Source: an uncultured Rhizobacter sp. (GTDB lineage: Bacteria; Pseudomonadota; Gammaproteobacteria; Burkholderiales; Burkholderiaceae_C). Taken from it: a DNA stretch of 64,000 nucleotides. The position numbers were made by a program, and so were the translations under genes. The notes under the pieces were generated by a model. It was not told the DNA's origin. It ran no database searches and saw only the letters and a list, made by a program, of their open reading frames with translations. The stretch lies in NCBI GenBank assembly GCA_964236915.1, contig CAXSGM010000008.1, forward strand, positions 879 to 64,878, in the 5' to 3' direction. Shown here in pieces: positions 20,140 to 29,678 of this stretch; the stretch's first letter is position 1; the number at the start of each line of letters is the position of its first letter.

Positions 20140-21018
20140 TCAGACCATGCGCGCTTCGAGCGAGCTGAAAAGGCCCCCGGGGCGCACCAGCAGGATCGCC
20201 AGCACCAGCACCAGCATCACCGCGTTGTGATAGCCCGGGGACAGCAGCAGCGCGCTCGCCGCCTCCGTCAGACCGATCGCATAGCCGGCGACCAGCGCGC
20301 CGCGGTTGCTGCCCAGACCGCCGATCGCGGCTGCGGCGAAGCCCTTGAGCAGCAGCATGCCGCCGAGCGTCGTCGAGGCGCTGAGCACCGGCGAGGCGAG
20401 CGCGCCGGTCAACGCGGCGAAGGCGCCGCCGAGCGCGAACGACCAGCGGCTGATCGAGACGGGGTCGATTCCGCGGAGGAGGGCGGCGTCGCGGTCCTCG
20501 GCCACCGCCAGCGTCGCCTTGCCCCACAAGCTGCCGTAGAGCCGCTCGACCACGACCACGAGGAGCAGCGTCAGCACGATCAGCGCGAGCTGGTAGCTGG
20601 AGATGTCGATGCCCGCCCAGGCCAGCGTGTCGTTCGAAAAGGGCGCCGGCGCCGGCACGACGATCGGGTCGGCGCCCCAGAACTTGCCGACCAGGTTGGT
20701 CACGATCATCGCCACCGCGAGCGTCGTGATGATCCAGGCCGTGCCGCTACGGCTTCGCCGCAGCACCGGCGCAACGGCGACACGCTCCTCGAGCAGCGCC
20801 AGCAGCGCGACCGCCACCGCCGCCGCCGCGAAGGCCGCGACCCACGGCCAGTGCAGCTGCGTCATGAGCAGCGCGCTCGCCATCGAGCCGACCATCACCA
20901 GCTCGCCCTGGGCGAAGTTGAAGATCTTGGTCGGCCGATACAGGATGTTGAAGCCGACGGCGACCAGGCAGTAAAGACTTCCGGACGTCAGGCCGGAGAC
21001 GATCACATCGATCCACAT
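20140..21018 (-). CDS. ABC transporter permease (LivH-like)
   Basis: FNFAQGELVMVG, LLKGFAAAAIGGLGS, RPGGLF. Confidence 0.9.
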   Translation of the reverse strand: MWIDVIVSGLTSGSLYCLVAVGFNILYRPTKIFNFAQGELVMVGSMASALLMTQLHWPWVAAFAAAAVAVALLALLEERVAVAPVLRRSRSGTAWIITTLAVAMIVTNLVGKFWGADPIVVPAPAPFSNDTLAWAGIDISSYQLALIVLTLLLVVVVERLYGSLWGKATLAVAEDRDAALLRGIDPVSISRWSFALGGAFAALTGALASPVLSASTTLGGMLLLKGFAAAAIGGLGSNRGALVAGYAIGLTEAASALLLSPGYHNAVMLVLVLAILLVRPGGLFSSLEARMV

Positions 21019-21034
21019 GGCGCGACCGAACGAC

Positions 21035-22273
21035 TCAGGCGCGCTCGCGAAAGACGTGCATCGAGCGCGGATCCTTGCCCGAGAGCAGCGTCGCCATCAC
21101 CATCTGGTCGCCCGTCAGCGCGCAGTGGTTCTCGGGGCTGAAGCTGATGCTGCCGATCATGCCGTCGTAGTTCTTCGTCGCGTCGAAGGCCTTCTTGATG
21201 CGTTCGGTGTCGAAGCGTTTTTCGCTCTCGACGACCTGCTTGAGCAGATGCAGGTAGTCGTAGAAGGGGCTGATCGCGGCGTTGATCTCCCAGAACTTCG
21301 CCTCCGGGAAAGTGACGACGCGCTTCGCGTAGGCCATCTGCCGTGGGCCCGGCGACTCGGTGGCGCTGTAGGTCATCGTCCTGATCAGGGTGCCATACGC
21401 GTTCTTCAGCACTTCCGGGTCGGTGTTGTCGAGCACGGTGTTGGAGAACAGCGAGTTGCCGCCCAGCAGCGCCGGGTACCACTTCATCGATTGCAGTCCG
21501 GCGGCCGTCAGCAGCATGCCCTGCACCGGCGAGTTCCAGAGCACGACCGCATCGGCACCGGCAGTGCGCAGCTTGTTCAGGTAGACCTTCAGGTCGGTCG
21601 CAGTGGGCGGGTAGACCTCGACCGCGACCGGATCGATGCCACGCTTTTTGAGCGCGCGCGTCGTCGCGGCGCCGCCGGACTCGCCGAGGCCGCTGTTTTC
21701 CTGCAGGATGCCGACCTTCTTCAGCTTCAGCTTATCGACGATCAGCCGCGCGATCGCCTCGCCCTGGTGGCCGGTGTTGTAGGTGAACTGATAGTGATAC
21801 GGGTACTTGACGCCGTCGGCCAGCTCTTCCGCCCAGCCGCCGCCAGCGTGGATGACCTTCGAAGCGGTCGTCGTCGTCACCGCGCTGATCGTGTGCGAAC
21901 TTCCGACCGGGCCGAGCAGCGCCTGCGCGCCGCTGTCGAGCAGCTTGCGCATGACCGCCGGCTCCTTCGCCGGCGAGCTCTCGTCGTCGACCTCGATGAT
22001 CTCGACCTGACGGCCCAGGATGCCGCCGGCGCCGTTGATTTCCTCGACGGCGATCTTCACCGACACGTACAGCGGCGCGAACGACGACGCGACCAGGCCG
22101 GTCATCGCCCGGGCGGAGCCTATTTTGATCGTGTCGCCCTTCTGTGCAAAGACGCTTTGCGCACCCGCGAGCAGCGAGCCGCCCAGGAGTGCGGGGCTCG
22201 CAGCGAGCACGGAGCGACGCGAGATGCCGGCGTGGACGCTGGCGGAACGCGTGAGCGAGCGGGTACGGACCAT
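21035..22273 (-). CDS. ABC transporter substrate-binding protein (LivK-like), Tat-type leader
   Basis: Start MVRTRS after GGAGA; ISRRSVL, EEINGAGGILGRQVEIIEVDD. Confidence 0.88.
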   Translation of the reverse strand: MVRTRSLTRSASVHAGISRRSVLAASPALLGGSLLAGAQSVFAQKGDTIKIGSARAMTGLVASSFAPLYVSVKIAVEEINGAGGILGRQVEIIEVDDESSPAKEPAVMRKLLDSGAQALLGPVGSSHTISAVTTTTASKVIHAGGGWAEELADGVKYPYHYQFTYNTGHQGEAIARLIVDKLKLKKVGILQENSGLGESGGAATTRALKKRGIDPVAVEVYPPTATDLKVYLNKLRTAGADAVVLWNSPVQGMLLTAAGLQSMKWYPALLGGNSLFSNTVLDNTDPEVLKNAYGTLIRTMTYSATESPGPRQMAYAKRVVTFPEAKFWEINAAISPFYDYLHLLKQVVESEKRFDTERIKKAFDATKNYDGMIGSISFSPENHCALTGDQMVMATLLSGKDPRSMHVFRERA

Positions 22274-22320
22274 GGGTGTCTCCGGGTTTGAGGAGCGACG
22301 GTTGTCGCGGCGTCGAAAGT

Positions 22321-23082
22321 TCAATAGGTTGCCCGGCCGCCGGACAAGTCGAAGGTGAATCCGGTGGTGAACGAGCAATCGTCCGAGGCGATCCAGGCCG
22401 CCATCGCCGCCGCCTCTTCCGCCTGGCCCATCCGGTGCATCGGAATCTTGTCGATGACGGCCTGCATCGCGGCGGGCGCGTCGGCCATCGTCGCCATGGC
22501 CAGCGGCGTCTCGAACAGCGTCGGGGCGATGGCGTTGACGGTGACGCCGGTGGTCGCCAGCTCCTTGCCGAGGCTCTTCGTGAAGGCGATCACGCCGCCC
22601 TTCGCCGCGGAGTAGGCGCTCTGGAACGGGTTGCCGTCCTTGCCCGCCATCGAGGAGACGTTGATGATCCGGCCCCAGCCGCGCTCGATCATGGCCGGCA
22701 CGAACGCGCGGCAGCAGTAGAAGACGCCGTTGAGGTTGACCGCGATGTTCTGGTGCCAGGCCTGGAGCGACATTTCGATCATCGGGCAGACCTCGAGCGC
22801 CACGCCGGCGTTGTTGAACAGGATGTCGATGTGGCCGAGCGCCGCCTGCGCGTCGAGCGCGGCCTGCGCCACTGCGGCCTGATCCGAGACATCGACCGCA
22901 CGCCGGGTCACCGGGCCGAGCGCCTGCAGCGACACGACCGCCGCGTCGAGCTTGCCCAGGTCGCGGCCCCACAGCTCGACGCGTGCCCCGGATTCGAGGA
23001 AGCGCTTCGCGCTGGCCAGGCCGATGCCGCTTCCGCCGCCCGTGACGATGGCGCTGCGGCCCGCGAGGTCGATCGAATTCAT
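22321..23082 (-). CDS. SDR family oxidoreductase
   Basis: Start MNSIDLAG after GGGAG; TGGGSGIG, NNAG, SMAGKDGNP, YSAAK, FDLSGGRATY. Confidence 0.9.
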   Translation of the reverse strand: MNSIDLAGRSAIVTGGGSGIGLASAKRFLESGARVELWGRDLGKLDAAVVSLQALGPVTRRAVDVSDQAAVAQAALDAQAALGHIDILFNNAGVALEVCPMIEMSLQAWHQNIAVNLNGVFYCCRAFVPAMIERGWGRIINVSSMAGKDGNPFQSAYSAAKGGVIAFTKSLGKELATTGVTVNAIAPTLFETPLAMATMADAPAAMQAVIDKIPMHRMGQAEEAAAMAAWIASDDCSFTTGFTFDLSGGRATY

Positions 23083-23143
23083 GCGGTGTGTCTCCCGGCT
23101 CCCTGCATTGACCGCACTGACGGCGCTCGTGTCCCTGCGTATC

Positions 23144-23157
23144 GTACGCAGGTGAAT
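23144..23157. promoter_or_regulatory. Putative operator (GTACGCAGGTGAAT) upstream of the second ABC operon
   Basis: Preceded by CGTATC as in the 6207 copy. Confidence 0.5.
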
Positions 23158-23392
23158 GAAATTTGCGAAGCCTTTGCCGTACGTGATTTCCCTCAGGCTG
23201 CGCACGACGCTTCGATCGGTATCGGGCTCGGTGCTCGGCCTGGGCTTCCCGGCGGCGCACGGCGGGGGGCTCACGCAGGTCGGGCAGCGCGGCTTGGCGG
23301 CGTCACGGCCGATGGAGACGCCCTGGCCGATGCGCACGTCGAGCGGTTCAGGCCGTCGGGCTGGCTGCGCGACTGCGCATCGGCGGAGCAGA

Positions 23393-23561
23393 CTAGGGCA
23401 ACGCTGAAAAAGTCCTTCGCGGCGCGCGCACCACCGCTTCGGGCGGTCTGCGGCGTTGCAAATCCTCGCCATAGCGAGGCTATGGCTGCGGTTTGCGCCT
23501 TGCATTCCATCCCGAATCGGCGGCGCGCCCCCTCGCGAGGACTTCTTCAGCGTCGCCCTAG
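23393..23561. mobile_element. MITE-like element, 169 bp
   Basis: Terminal inverted repeats CTAGGGC(A/G)ACGCTGAA(A/G)AAGTCCT; central hairpin GCCATAGC-GAG-GCTATGGC; no coding capacity. Confidence 0.8.
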
Positions 23562-23586
23562 GGGAATCCCGGGCTGGAATCAGATC

Positions 23587-23600
23587 GTACGGTAGCGTAA
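23587..23600. promoter_or_regulatory. Putative operator (GTACGGTAGCGTAA)
   Basis: Shared motif 40 bp upstream of the ligase start. Confidence 0.6.
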
Positions 23601-23640
23601 CGTATACATTGCAGACGCTGCCAACCAATGGGGATCGATC

Positions 23641-25197
23641 ATGCAGGGAACCCAGCTGCTGAGACGGGCAGTGCAATGCAACCCGCAGCGCGTCGCTACC
23701 ATCAGCGGGGGTCGGCAGCGCACCTGGAGCGAGGTCGGTGCGCGCGTGCCGCGTATGGCGGCCGCGTTGCGTGCGCTCGGTGTCCGCGACGGTGCGTTCG
23801 TCGCCATCCTGTCGATGAACTCCGATCGTTATCTCGAACTCTTCTACGCCGTGCCCTGGGCCGGCGGCGCGCTGGCGCCGCTGAACGTCCGCTGGTCGGT
23901 TGCCGAGAACGCCTACGCACTGGCCGACTCGAAAGCGAGCGTGCTGTTCGTCGACGACAGCTTTCTCGACCAGGCGCAGCAGTTGCGCGAGCAGATGCCC
24001 AGCGTCCAGACGCTGATCTACATGGGCGATGGCGCGACGCCGCCCGGTATGCTGCCCTACGAGGTGCTCATCGAACGGCACGAGCCGATGCCGGACGCGG
24101 ACCGCGCCGACGACGACCTCTACGTGATCTTCTATACCGGCGGCACCACCGCCCACCCGAAGGGCGTGGCGATGTCGCACAAGGGCGTCTACCTCGCGAC
24201 CGTCTGCTATCTCGCCTTGATGCCGAGCGTCGAGGACCTGACCTTCCTCTATGTCGCGGGCTACTTCCACTTTGCCGGTGCCAGCGCGCTCTGGTACATC
24301 ACGCTCGCCGGCGGCACGCACGCGATCCTGCCGAAATTCGAACCGGTCGCGGTGATGAGGGCGATCGGCGAGTACGGCGTGACCAACGCGGTGCTGGTGC
24401 CGACGATGGTCAACATGTTGCTGAGCCACCCGGATTTCGAGAACTACGACCTGACCAGCCTGGAAACCTGCATCTACGGCGGCTCGCCGATGCCGGAGGG
24501 CCTGATGTTGCGAGCGATGGAGAAGGTGCCGAGCTGGGGCTTCTATCAGATCTACGGCATGACCGAGACCGGCGGCTTCGCGACGATGCTGCGCTGGCGC
24601 GACCACATCGTCGCCGGCGAAAAGGCGTCACGGCTGCGCTCGGCCGGCCAGGCGGCGTTCGGCAACGAGATCCGCGTCGTACTGCCCGATGGCAGCGATG
24701 CCGCCACTGGCACGATCGGCGAGATCATCGTGCGCAGCGATTTCCTGATGACCGGCTACCTCAACAACCCGCAGGCCACGGCCGCGGCGCTGCAGGACGG
24801 CTGGATGCACACCGGCGACGCCGGCTACCTCGACGCGGACGGCTTCCTCTACGTGGCCGACCGCGTCAAGGACATGATCGTCTCCGGTGGCGAGAACGTC
24901 TATTCGATCGAGCCCGAGCGCGCGCTTTTCCTGCACCTGGCGGTGCGCGAGGCCGCGGTGATCGGCATCCCGAGCGAGCAGTGGGGCGAGGCGGTGCATG
25001 CGGTCGTCGTGCTGATGGAGGGCGCCAGCGCCACGGCCGACGAACTGATCGCCCACTGCCGCACGCTGATCGGTGGCTACAAATGCCCGCGCAGCATCGA
25101 GTTTCGCGCCGAGCCGCTGCCGGTCACGCCGGTCGGCAAGGTGCGCAAGAACGTGCTGCGCGACCCGTATTGGGCCGGCGAGGGCCGCAAGATTTGA
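23641..25197 (+). CDS. Acyl-CoA synthetase (long-chain-fatty-acid-CoA ligase family)
   Basis: FYTGGTTAHPKG, YGMTE, WMHTGD, DRVKDMIVSGGENVY, GKVRK. Confidence 0.9.
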   Translation: MQGTQLLRRAVQCNPQRVATISGGRQRTWSEVGARVPRMAAALRALGVRDGAFVAILSMNSDRYLELFYAVPWAGGALAPLNVRWSVAENAYALADSKASVLFVDDSFLDQAQQLREQMPSVQTLIYMGDGATPPGMLPYEVLIERHEPMPDADRADDDLYVIFYTGGTTAHPKGVAMSHKGVYLATVCYLALMPSVEDLTFLYVAGYFHFAGASALWYITLAGGTHAILPKFEPVAVMRAIGEYGVTNAVLVPTMVNMLLSHPDFENYDLTSLETCIYGGSPMPEGLMLRAMEKVPSWGFYQIYGMTETGGFATMLRWRDHIVAGEKASRLRSAGQAAFGNEIRVVLPDGSDAATGTIGEIIVRSDFLMTGYLNNPQATAAALQDGWMHTGDAGYLDADGFLYVADRVKDMIVSGGENVYSIEPERALFLHLAVREAAVIGIPSEQWGEAVHAVVVLMEGASATADELIAHCRTLIGGYKCPRSIEFRAEPLPVTPVGKVRKNVLRDPYWAGEGRKI

Positions 25198-25252
25198 GCG
25201 AGCAGCACGCCGCGACCGTCAGCGAGACCTCCGGCGAGGTCAACGCAATATG

Positions 25253-25266
25253 ATAAACTAGCGTAC
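25253..25266. promoter_or_regulatory. Putative operator upstream of aliB (reverse complement GTACGCTAGTTTAT)
   Basis: ATAAACTAGCGTAC followed by GATAC, just before RBS AGGAG. Confidence 0.62.
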
Positions 25267-25288
25267 GATACACAGGAGACGGCCCAAG

Positions 25289-26437
25289 ATGGTTTTGACC
25301 GACGACCAACGTGCGCTGCAGGCGTCTGCACGGCGCTTCGCGCGCGAGCGGCTGCTTCCCGACTACCAGAAGCGCGAGCAGCTCGGCGTGCTCGACCGCG
25401 AACTGCTCGCCGAAATGGGCCGGCTCGGCCTGATCGGCGTCGACCTGCCCGAAGAGCTCGGCGGTCTGGGCGCCGACGCCGTGACGACCGGCATCATCGC
25501 CGAGGAGCTCGCTTACGGTGACTTCAACGTCAGCGCGGTGCCGGTCGGCGCTTCGCTGAATGCGGCGATCCTGATCCGCCACGCGCAGCCCGAGGTGATT
25601 CAGGAATGGGTGCCGAAGATGACCCGCGGCGAGGCGGTGGTCGCGATCTGCCTGACGGAGCCACGCGGCGGCTCCGATGCCAGCAACCTGCAGTTGCGCG
25701 CCCGCAAGGTCGGCAACGACTATGTCATCAACGGCGAGAAAACCTCGATCACCTTCGCCGACCGCGCCGACGCCTACCTGATCTTCGCCCGCACCGGCAC
25801 CCCGGAAGAGGGCGCAAAGGGTGTGTCGGCGTTCTTCATCCCGTACACGACGCCTGGCATCTCGCGGACGCGTTTCGACGACGTCGGCAGCGCCATCATC
25901 GGCCGCGGCTCGGTGTTTTTCGACGACGTGAAGGTGCCGGCCGGCTACCGGCTCGGCGACGAAGGCAAGGGCTTCACGCAGGTGATGCAGGGCTTCGACT
26001 ACAGCCGTGCGCTGATCGGCCTGCAGTGCGTGGGTGCCGCCCAGGCGTCGCTCGACGAGGCCTGGGCCTATGCCAAGGAGCGCGAAGCCTTCGGCAAGCC
26101 GATCGGTCAGTTCCAGGGCGTGAGCTTTCCTCTGGCCGAAGGCGAATCGCAGATCGCCGCGGTGCGCCAGCTCTGCTACCACGCGCTGGCATTGCGTGAC
26201 GCCGGCCTGCCGCACACCTCCGAGGCCGCGATGTGCAAATGGATGGGGCCGCGCAACGCCTTCGACGTGATCCACCAGTGCCTGCTCACCTTCGGCCACT
26301 ACGGCTGGAGCAAGGACTCGCCGCATCAGCAGCGCATGCGCGACGTGATGGGCCTGGAGATCGGCGACGGCACGGCGCAGATCATGAAGCTCGTGATCGC
26401 GCGCGGCCGAATCGGCCGCGCCGCGGTTCAATACTAG
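25289..26437 (+). CDS. aliB: Cyclohexanecarboxyl-CoA dehydrogenase
   Basis: ICLTEPRGGSDA, GEKTSIT, QVMQGFDYSRALIGLQC, IHQCLLTFGHYGW, QQRMRDVMGLEIGDGTAQIMK. Confidence 0.85.
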   Translation: MVLTDDQRALQASARRFARERLLPDYQKREQLGVLDRELLAEMGRLGLIGVDLPEELGGLGADAVTTGIIAEELAYGDFNVSAVPVGASLNAAILIRHAQPEVIQEWVPKMTRGEAVVAICLTEPRGGSDASNLQLRARKVGNDYVINGEKTSITFADRADAYLIFARTGTPEEGAKGVSAFFIPYTTPGISRTRFDDVGSAIIGRGSVFFDDVKVPAGYRLGDEGKGFTQVMQGFDYSRALIGLQCVGAAQASLDEAWAYAKEREAFGKPIGQFQGVSFPLAEGESQIAAVRQLCYHALALRDAGLPHTSEAAMCKWMGPRNAFDVIHQCLLTFGHYGWSKDSPHQQRMRDVMGLEIGDGTAQIMKLVIARGRIGRAAVQY

Positions 26438-26458
26438 GTTCAACACTAGAAAGCGGCC

Positions 26459-27331
26459 ATGCCCTATCAGTCAGTGTTCCGCGCCGGCGTGTTCGACGGC
26501 CAGACCGTGATCGTCACCGGCGGTGGCAGCGGCATCGGGCGCTGCACCGCGCACGAGCTGGCCTCGCTCGGCGCACACGTCGCGCTGGTCGGCCGCAACC
26601 CCGACAAGCTCGAGACGGTGCGCGCCGAGATCGCCGAGGACGGAGGCAGCGCCAGCGCGCACCCGTGCGACATCCGCGAAGAAGCCCTGGTCATCCAGAC
26701 GATCGACGCGGTGCTCGCGCTGCGCGGCCGTCTCGATGCGCTCGTCAACAACGCCGGCGGCCAGTACCGCGCGCCGATGAAGACGCTTTCGACCAAGGGT
26801 TTCGAGGCGGTGGTGCGCAACAACCTCACCGGCGGCTTCATCTTCATGCGCGAGGCCTACACCCGCTGGATGGAAAACCACGGCGGTGCCATCGTCAACA
26901 TCATCGCCGACATCTGGCACGGCTGGCCCGACTACGCGCACTCGGCCGCGGCCCGCGGCGGCATGTTCACGCTCAGCGAGACGGCGGCCTGCGAATGGGC
27001 GGCGTCGGGCGTGCGGGTGAACACGGTGGCGCCGGGCGGCATCGCCTCGAGCGGCTTCGACACCTACACGCCCGAGGCCAAGGCCAAGATCCTGCAGTAC
27101 CCACCGACGGTGCCGCTGCAACGCTACGGCAGCGAGGCCGAACTGTCGGCGGCGATCGTCTTCCTGCTCTCGCCCGCGGCAGCCTACATCACCGGCTCGT
27201 GCATCCGCGTCGATGGTGGCACGCCGAACGCGCGCGGTACCTGGAAGCTCGAACCCTCCGACCGCAGCCGGCCGTTCCAGGGCTTTCACCGCGCGGAGCT
27301 GCCCGAACTGCTGAAGCAGCGGCCAGGATGA
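26459..27331 (+). CDS. SDR, trans-2-enoyl-CoA / dienoyl-CoA reductase-like (AtuB-like)
   Basis: TGGGSGIGRCTAHELA, NNAGGQY, HSAAARGG replaces YxxxK. Confidence 0.82.
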   Translation: MPYQSVFRAGVFDGQTVIVTGGGSGIGRCTAHELASLGAHVALVGRNPDKLETVRAEIAEDGGSASAHPCDIREEALVIQTIDAVLALRGRLDALVNNAGGQYRAPMKTLSTKGFEAVVRNNLTGGFIFMREAYTRWMENHGGAIVNIIADIWHGWPDYAHSAAARGGMFTLSETAACEWAASGVRVNTVAPGGIASSGFDTYTPEAKAKILQYPPTVPLQRYGSEAELSAAIVFLLSPAAAYITGSCIRVDGGTPNARGTWKLEPSDRSRPFQGFHRAELPELLKQRPG

Positions 27332-27930
27332 AGCTCGTCCTCGTCCGCCATGGGCGTCCGGATGAAGACGATCGCGAGCGCCCGCATGATCCGCCGTTGC
27401 GCGCCGATGGCAGGGTGCAGGCGGAGGCCGTGGCAACGAGGCTTGCGCTCGAAGGCATCACGCGCATCGTCAGCAGCCCGATGGCGCGCGCATTGCAGAC
27501 GGCAGAGCCGCTCGCCCACCGGCTCGGCTTGCCCATCGACATCGTCGAGGGCTGGGCCGAAGCCGATCGCCATGTGGCTCGCTACCGCTCCACCGAGACG
27601 CTGCGCGCCCTAGGGTCGACCGAGTGGCAGCGCTTTCTGGCCGATCCGGTCGGCTACTTCGGCGGCGATGCGGCGGCGTTCAAGGCGCAGGTACTGAGCG
27701 CTCTCGACCAGTCGATCGGCGCGCCTGGCACGCATGTCGCCGTGTTCGCGCACGGCCTGCCGATCAACGTCGTCCTGTCGCACGCGCTCGGGCTGGAGCG
27801 TATCGTCCATTTCGCACCGGGCTACGCTTCCATGACGCGGCTGCGCGTGGCTACCGACGGCACGATCGGTGTCGCCAGCGTCAACGAGCGCAATCACCTC
27901 TCGATCGAATCGCATGCAGACGCTCATTGA
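27328..27930 (+). CDS. Histidine phosphatase family protein
   Basis: MKLVLVRHG, SSPMARALQTA, FAHG; ATGA overlap with the SDR. Confidence 0.88.
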   Translation: MKLVLVRHGRPDEDDRERPHDPPLRADGRVQAEAVATRLALEGITRIVSSPMARALQTAEPLAHRLGLPIDIVEGWAEADRHVARYRSTETLRALGSTEWQRFLADPVGYFGGDAAAFKAQVLSALDQSIGAPGTHVAVFAHGLPINVVLSHALGLERIVHFAPGYASMTRLRVATDGTIGVASVNERNHLSIESHADAH

Positions 27931-28948
27931 CGACAGCACTCTCGCGCCGAAAATCGCCGCGTACCTGGCGGCACAGCTCGGCCATCCGGTGCAGGTCGGC
28001 ACGGTCCGGCGCTTTCCGGTCGGCTTCTCCTGGCTGACCTACGCTGTGCCGATCAGCGGAATCGACGGTGAGGCCGGCGAGACCCGTGAATTGATCCTGC
28101 GCCTCGGCCCCGATTACGGTTTGTTCGCACCCTACAGCGCCAAGCCGCAGGTGCTCTCGATGCAGTCGCTCGAAGGCAGCGCCGTGCCGGTGCCTCGCGC
28201 CTACTGGAGCAGCGACGACGCGAGCATCCTCGGCGCGCCGTTCATGTTCTGCGAGAAGGTCTCGGGCGACGCCGTCGTACCCTGGGTTTCGGCCAACGAA
28301 CCGGGCCTGGAAGACACCTACCGCGGACGCCTGGCCGAACAGTTCGTCGATGCGCTCGCGGCGCTGCACCGTGTTCCGTGGGCCGAAAAGCCGATCGCCG
28401 AGATGGCGCACGGCATTACGGCCGACAATGCGGCGCGCCTCAACGTCGAGTACTGGCAGACGCAGATCGCACGCTGGGCGATGCGCCCTTATCCGCTCGC
28501 CGACTGGGGCATCCGCTGGTTGAAGGCTCATTGCCCGGTCGCGCCGCGGGTCGCGATCGTCCACGGCGACTACCGCACCGGCAATTTCCTCGAGCAAGGC
28601 GGCACCATCACCGCGATCCTCGATTGGGAGCTCGTGCACCTCGGCGACCCGCACGAGGACCTCGGCTGGGCCAGCTTGGCCGTGTACATGGGCGGCAGCA
28701 AGCTGATCTGTCGCCTTGCCGAGCCGGAGTGGTTCTACGCGCGCTACGGCGAAAAGGCGGGCTTTGCCGTCTCGATGGAGTCGGTGCGCTATTACCAGGT
28801 GCTCTCGCTGCTGAAACTGGCCGCCACCCACATGGCCGCAGCCCGCTGCTTCGAGGAGGGGCGTTTCAACGACATGCGCATGCCCGCGATGGGCAGCCAG
28901 ATCGCCACCTGCCTGCGCCAGATGGAAAAGACGATCGAAGGGAAATGA
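27914..28948 (+). CDS. Phosphotransferase (APH/choline kinase fold, ACAD10/LvaA-like)
   Basis: VPVPR, LGAPFMFCE, HGDYRTGN, AILDWELVHLGDPHEDLGW. Confidence 0.88.
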   Translation: MQTLIDDSTLAPKIAAYLAAQLGHPVQVGTVRRFPVGFSWLTYAVPISGIDGEAGETRELILRLGPDYGLFAPYSAKPQVLSMQSLEGSAVPVPRAYWSSDDASILGAPFMFCEKVSGDAVVPWVSANEPGLEDTYRGRLAEQFVDALAALHRVPWAEKPIAEMAHGITADNAARLNVEYWQTQIARWAMRPYPLADWGIRWLKAHCPVAPRVAIVHGDYRTGNFLEQGGTITAILDWELVHLGDPHEDLGWASLAVYMGGSKLICRLAEPEWFYARYGEKAGFAVSMESVRYYQVLSLLKLAATHMAAARCFEEGRFNDMRMPAMGSQIATCLRQMEKTIEGK

Positions 28949-29032
28949 CATGACCATGACGCCCCCCCGATGCCGTTCGCTGACTTGCGAGGTGTGTTCG
29001 GCCAACCCGCATGCGACCCCCGGGGGAAGCCG

Positions 29033-29527
29033 ATGAACAACTCCTTCGGACGCCTGATCGACGGCATGAACGCGACCTTGCGCAAGGAAGTTCTGACGCG
29101 GATCGACGACGAGTTCGCGCGCGGACAGGTCTTCGGCCTCATCAACCTGCTGAACACGTTCAAGGTGCGGGCCGACTGGTCCGCCGGCTTCCTGCTCCAG
29201 CAACTCGATGCCCAGCGCACGGCGCTCGCCGGCGTCGCCGGGCTGCTGCAGGGCCGCGACGACGCATCGACACTGCCGACGCTTCCAACGGGCGCCATGC
29301 CCCAGCCGGTGCCGATCGCCGAACTGCTCGCCGCCCGCGACGACGCCAACCGCGCCATCGGCGAGCTGCTCGGCTGGCTCGATGCGCATCGCGGCGCGCT
29401 GGCGCCGGGCATCGCCGAGCAGATCGAAACGCTGCTTGGCACCGCGATGCGCGCCGAGGTCAGCCTGGAACTGAGGAATTCGCCGCGGCCGCTGTTTGCC
29501 GAGATGTCGAGCGGTTCCGAGGACTGA
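29033..29527 (+). CDS. Hypothetical helical protein downstream of phosphotransferase
   Basis: ATG after GGGGGAAG; 164 aa, natural composition; no motif recognised. Confidence 0.7.
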   Translation: MNNSFGRLIDGMNATLRKEVLTRIDDEFARGQVFGLINLLNTFKVRADWSAGFLLQQLDAQRTALAGVAGLLQGRDDASTLPTLPTGAMPQPVPIAELLAARDDANRAIGELLGWLDAHRGALAPGIAEQIETLLGTAMRAEVSLELRNSPRPLFAEMSSGSED

Positions 29528-29678
29528 GCGACTGTATGTGACCGCGATGGAGACGACGCGATGAACCCCTGTCACGAACCCGACGCTCGCCATGGCTCGC
29601 GGCCACGGCCTTCGCAAGGCTCGCCATCGACCCGGGTGCAGCGCTGTTCTCGCCACTGAGCGCGGGATGCAAGGTCCC

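Noticed and set aside
21035-24606. Apparent 741-aa and 761-aa proteins in the ORF track
   Set aside because: Stop-free upstream extensions; real starts with RBS are at 22273 and 23082
27914-28948. Aminoglycoside resistance kinase (also 40777-41799)
   Set aside because: Motifs and beta-oxidation context fit ACAD10/LvaA-type metabolic kinases
29561-29659. 32-aa ORF after GGAGAC
   Set aside because: Non-protein-like composition; cannot be told from chance
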